Shown here: piece by piece, positions 58,097-64,000 of the stretch
Layout of the letters: each line of letters starts with the position of its first letter
Numbering within the stretch: position 1 is the first letter of the stretch
From: a bacterium
Lineage (GTDB): Bacteria; Patescibacteriota; Patescibacteriia; UBA9934; GWF2-40-263
Direction: 5' to 3'
Assembly (NCBI GenBank): GCA_020057555.1
Contig: JAGVFR010000001.1
Span: 3,062-67,061, forward strand
DNA length: 64,000 bases
Position numbers and translations under genes: made by a program
Notes under the pieces: model-generated
Database searches by the model: none
What the model was told of the DNA's origin: nothing
What the model saw: only the letters and a program-made list of their open reading frames with translations

Positions 58097-59171
58097 AGAG
58101 ACTGACTTCATCGAGTTTTCGCGTGTGTTGATTCACGATTCCAGTGATCAAATGCACACGACCCTTTAGATCAGGAACTTCTTCCTCGATCACGCTTAAA
58201 GCAAACTTTGAAAGCATGATGACCTTCTCTGTTGCTCGCGGGACATCGTACCCAGCCTCCTCGCGATATGGAGCACAGGTTAGAAGAACAATCCCATCAT
58301 CTGGCACACGACAGGCTTTGAGATTGTCAGCGATGAGTTTCGCCGCGGTTCGAATTGGCTTTGCAAGATCAGGATCAAACGGGCCCACCAAGAACGCAAG
58401 GTTCAAGATGTGCAACCAATCAAACCCTCTTCCAGCGCCGATAATACGCTCGCGATGTTCAGCTTCCTCAATTGGCCGATTCGATTTTCGCACTTCAGCA
58501 ATGTGTCGAACATTGCCAACAGCAAGCGGAAGCAAATCTTCCAGCATGCGGCTTTTCATGTCTGGATAAAGATCAGCGAGCGCTACGCGTAGGTCAGCTT
58601 CGGTATACCCGTCTGCCTTTGAAAGATCCAAAACCTTTCCATTGACACCATGGAAAACCAAAGCATCTTCGTCCGTCTCAACACCAAGACGAACTGGGTA
58701 TACGGTTGTGTGCCGTCTCCCGTACATCCTCTCAACTTGCGCGGTGAATTCGACAGTGTAGGCTCGAGCCGCTTCCTCATCATAACCAAATCCACGACAA
58801 CCACGATGCTTGTTGCCTCGTGACCAGTGATATGTGACAAGGATAATGCAGTCTCGACCTTTCCCCATGGAGTAACGAACCCAGTCAGTCACAACTTCAC
58901 CGAGGTATGGCCAACCAAGATCGAATTTTCCGCCAAGTCCACGCAATGGCTGAACAATTCCAAGTGGAATTTGCGCGATAAGAGGCAGATTGAGACGGCC
59001 GTCCATACACTTCAAGGCCATGAATTCCGTTGGATGCATGCCTCGATGTTGCATGCGAAGTCCTTTGGTGTCAGGCTCACAGAAAATTTCACTCTGTTGC
59101 CTGTTGTGCTCAAGAAGCCATGATCGTAGTTGAGCGATTGGCATTGTGTGTAGATCCAAGCCGTTTGTCAT
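58095..59171 (-). CDS. CsoSCA-like (carboxysome-type) beta-class carbonic anhydrase
   Basis: KCMDGR (CxDxR), LGG.F, YHWSRGNKHRGC (His...Cys spacing as in CsoSCA), GVETDEDAL, GN..HI, H.E.II..GRGF. Confidence 0.75.
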   Translation of the reverse strand: MTNGLDLHTMPIAQLRSWLLEHNRQQSEIFCEPDTKGLRMQHRGMHPTEFMALKCMDGRLNLPLIAQIPLGIVQPLRGLGGKFDLGWPYLGEVVTDWVRYSMGKGRDCIILVTYHWSRGNKHRGCRGFGYDEEAARAYTVEFTAQVERMYGRRHTTVYPVRLGVETDEDALVFHGVNGKVLDLSKADGYTEADLRVALADLYPDMKSRMLEDLLPLAVGNVRHIAEVRKSNRPIEEAEHRERIIGAGRGFDWLHILNLAFLVGPFDPDLAKPIRTAAKLIADNLKACRVPDDGIVLLTCAPYREEAGYDVPRATEKVIMLSKFALSVIEEEVPDLKGRVHLITGIVNQHTRKLDEVSL

Positions 59172-59259
59172 AGTCTCACTCCATTAGTGTCTTAGATTGG
59201 GAATCCGAAACCCAATTCCAACTTGAAATGTCTTTCAAATTGGTAAGGAGTTCTAATCC

Positions 59260-59697
59260 TCAACTCTGTTTACCGACGTCTCGGTATTTTTTTCTCTTGA
59301 TTGCAACTCGCTCGCGGGCAAGTTCACGTTCAAGCATCGCGGCCGCGTCAGCAAACGCGACATCATCAATGTTTCGTTTTTCTTCAAGCATTTTTCGCGC
59401 GCGCTCTTTCGCGGCTTCAATTTTTTCTAACTCCAATTCTTCAACTCGTTCTGCAGTGTCAGCTAAAATCGTAACTTGATTTCCGTGCCTCACTTCCAAA
59501 AAACCAGTTGAAGAAACCAAATAAATTTCTTCATCATTTTTTTTCGCTCGCAACTCTCCAGCTTGAAGATTCGCAACAAGTGGAATGTGTCCAGGCAAAA
59601 TCGTAATCTCTCCCATCTGCGTCATTACAGAAACCGAATCTACCGTGTCTTCGTACACTACCCTTTCCGGCGTCACAATTTTAAGCGTGAGAGACAT
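59260..59697 (-). CDS. atpC: ATP synthase F1 epsilon
   Basis: IVTPER, GEITILPGHIPL, GFLEV, ILADTAE. Confidence 0.97.
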   Translation of the reverse strand: MSLTLKIVTPERVVYEDTVDSVSVMTQMGEITILPGHIPLVANLQAGELRAKKNDEEIYLVSSTGFLEVRHGNQVTILADTAERVEELELEKIEAAKERARKMLEEKRNIDDVAFADAAAMLERELARERVAIKRKKYRDVGKQS

Positions 59698-59702
59698 ATT
59701 TT

Positions 59703-59793
59703 GACGGGTGGCATGGTGTGGGGTCCCCGGACGGAGGACCGCAGCAAAGCGAGGACACGACGGACGGGGTGCAACACCATGACAGGACCCGTT
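59703..59793. repeat. GC-rich structured intergenic element, copy E (divergent), filling the atpD-atpC gap
   Basis: ACGGGT/ACCCGT, CATGGTGT/ACACCATG and CCCCG/CGGGG nested stems; internal GAGGAC twice. Confidence 0.8.
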
Positions 59794-59794
59794 G

Positions 59795-62087
<2,293 letters not shown>

Positions 62088-62092
62088 ATCAG

Positions 62093-63598
62093 TTACTTCT
62101 TAAACGTCTGATTAAAATTCGCAATATCTTTTTTGAGTTCAGCTTCAATTTCGTCACTGATCGCTTTTTCGTCTTGAAGCTTTTTGAGAGTTCCCGCGCC
62201 TGATGACAACATATATGAACGAAACTCCGCTTCCCACTTCACAACTTGATCAACAGGAACTTCATCCAAAAATCCATTGATCACAGCAAAAATAATCGTA
62301 ACCTGTTCCTCAAATGGTATTGGCTGATATTGTCTTTGTTTCAATATTTCAGTTGTGCGACGTCCGCGTTCGATTTGCGCTCGAGTTTGAGGATCAAGAT
62401 CAGTTGCAAATTGCGCGAATGCTTCAAGCTCACGAAACTGCGCCAAATCCAAACGCAACTTTCCAGCAACTTTTTTCATGGCTTTTGTTTGTGCTGATGA
62501 TCCAACACGTGAAACTGACAAACCAACGTTCAAAGCCGGTCGAATCCCGCGATAAAACAAATCGCTTTCAAGATAAATCTGACCGTCTGTGATTGAAATA
62601 ACATTTGTTGGAATATAAGCTGACACATCTCCAGCTTGAGTTTCAATAATTGGAAGAGCTGTGAGTGAACCGCCACCACATTCTGGACTCAATCGAGCCG
62701 CGCGTTCAAGCAAACGTGAGTGAAGATAAAAAACATCTCCTGGATATGCTTCACGACCCGGTGGTCTACGAAGAAGCAAAGAAATTTCACGATACGCCCA
62801 TGCTTGTTTTGAAAGATCATCGTAAATCACCAAAGCGTCTTCACCTTTTGCCATGAAAAATTCACCAATTGTGCAACCAGAAAATGGAGCAATATAAGAA
62901 AGAGCAGCTGGATCAGAAGCTCCGGCAACTACAACAGTTGTATATTCCATTGCGCCTGCTTCTTCAAGTTTTGCCACGATCTTTGCAACTTTAGATTCTT
63001 TTTGTCCGATCGCTACGTAAATACATTTTACGTTTTGTCCTTTTTGGTTGATGATCGTATCAACAGCAATCGCTGTTTTTCCAGTTTGACGATCTCCAAT
63101 AATAAGTTCGCGTTGTCCGCGACCAATCGGAATCATTGAGTCAATTGCTTTGATTCCGGTTTGAAGTGGAACACCGACGGATTTCCGAGTCATGACACCA
63201 GGTGCAACTTTTTCAATTGGAAAAAATTCGCGCGCTTCGATTTTGCCTTTTCCATCTTTTGGATTTCCAAGTGGATCAATAACGCGACCAAGAACGTTTT
63301 CCGAAACTGGAATGGACAGAATGCGTCCTGTTGTTTTAACTGTGTCGCCTTCTTTGATTTTTGACGCTTCACCAAGAATAACCGCTCCGACACTGTCTTC
63401 TTCCAAGTTGAGCACAACACCAAAAACTCCATTTGGAAATTCAAGCATTTCAGATGCTTGAGCTTTTTCAAGACCTGTCATGCGAGCAGTGCCATCTCCA
63501 ACAGATATCACAGTTCCGACTTGTTCCTCTTTTGCTGAAGAGTGAAACTGTTCGAGTGATTTTTTTAACGCGTCAATGATTTCTGATTTTGTTGACAT
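62093..63598 (-). CDS. atpA: ATP synthase F1 alpha
   Basis: [26 protein letters not shown]. Confidence 0.98.
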   Translation of the reverse strand: MSTKSEIIDALKKSLEQFHSSAKEEQVGTVISVGDGTARMTGLEKAQASEMLEFPNGVFGVVLNLEEDSVGAVILGEASKIKEGDTVKTTGRILSIPVSENVLGRVIDPLGNPKDGKGKIEAREFFPIEKVAPGVMTRKSVGVPLQTGIKAIDSMIPIGRGQRELIIGDRQTGKTAIAVDTIINQKGQNVKCIYVAIGQKESKVAKIVAKLEEAGAMEYTTVVVAGASDPAALSYIAPFSGCTIGEFFMAKGEDALVIYDDLSKQAWAYREISLLLRRPPGREAYPGDVFYLHSRLLERAARLSPECGGGSLTALPIIETQAGDVSAYIPTNVISITDGQIYLESDLFYRGIRPALNVGLSVSRVGSSAQTKAMKKVAGKLRLDLAQFRELEAFAQFATDLDPQTRAQIERGRRTTEILKQRQYQPIPFEEQVTIIFAVINGFLDEVPVDQVVKWEAEFRSYMLSSGAGTLKKLQDEKAISDEIEAELKKDIANFNQTFKK

Positions 63599-63601
63599 AA
63601 A

Positions 63602-63988
63602 CTATGAATTCAAGAGTGCTAACTTTATCTGATTCAAGCGACCGGATATAGAACCATCAACGGATCGATCATCCAGCCTAATTTTTGCTCCACCAATCAA
63701 TTCCTCATTTACTATTTCGCGAATCTCTGCGCCTGGAGCAATTTCTTCAACTTGTTTTTTTAATGACACTGATAATGGATGAGCGCTTTCAACTGTAATT
63801 GTTGCCGCGCCATATTGTTCTTTCCAGATTTTTTCAAACGATTGAATCACACCAAATATTCTATGAAGTTCGGCTCGCTCTGCTAGAAATCTCACAAATT
63901 CATCTGTAATTGCGCTAATGTCTTTCTTGTTTCCTTTTTCAACCGTTTCAAACAAGACGTTCGCTAATTGTTTATCTGTGAATTTCAT
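63602..63988 (-). CDS. atpH: ATP synthase delta subunit (short)
   Basis: 128 aa; VESAHPL, ELIGGAKIRLDDRSVDGSI; directly upstream of atpA. Confidence 0.9.
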   Translation of the reverse strand: MKFTDKQLANVLFETVEKGNKKDISAITDEFVRFLAERAELHRIFGVIQSFEKIWKEQYGAATITVESAHPLSVSLKKQVEEIAPGAEIREIVNEELIGGAKIRLDDRSVDGSISGRLNQIKLALLNS

Positions 63989-64000
63989 ACTTTGTCTATC

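Noticed and set aside
57263-59123. Long antisense ORFs (e.g. 57263-57730, 58144-58569, also 34638-35066 and 48121-48528)
   Set aside because: Shadows of real genes on the opposite strand, with no motifs or initiation signals.
57254-59171. Carboxysome operon
   Set aside because: No RuBisCO, CsoS2 or BMC shell genes in the window.
25821-59793. Hairpin elements as CRISPR repeats or integron attC sites
   Set aside because: Copies are kilobases apart with no spacers or cas genes; no RYYYAAC/GTTRRRY ends, no integrase, and flanking genes are housekeeping.

Overview
Chromosomal segment of a low-GC, tightly packed bacterial genome with Patescibacteria (CPR, Parcubacteria/ABY1-like) features; the taxonomy is inferred from gene content, not searched. 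Core content: secF end, a TraD/HerA-like ATPase pair, HD dNTPase, mnmA, era, corA, murJ, alaS, the infA-rpmJ-rpsMKD-rpoA-rplQ-rplM-rpsI operon, a surface-polysaccharide cluster, priA-def-fmt, clpB (CIRCE), gltX, alr, lysS, greA, znuACB, mreBCD-mrdA, a UvrD-nuclease fusion and atpHAGDC. No rRNA, tRNA, CRISPR array, transposase or integrase was seen. Most interesting signals: (1) a dispersed family of intergenic hairpin elements with a conserved core (CCGGGCCAGCGG-ACTCCTCG-CCGCTG) inside long outer stems that differ in sequence but still pair in every copy; (2) two translation-initiation classes: core genes lack Shine-Dalgarno sites and are often near-leaderless, whereas five compositionally foreign single-gene cassettes all carry one plus their own terminator; (3) among those, an orphan PilM fused to a PilN-like INLxP peptide, and a CsoSCA-like carbonic anhydrase next to a degenerate beta-CA; (4) a dif-like 11-6-11 site with extra half-sites where gene orientation converges; (5) 7-mer/9-mer repeat tracts and a palindrome at gene junctions and in frame inside proteins.
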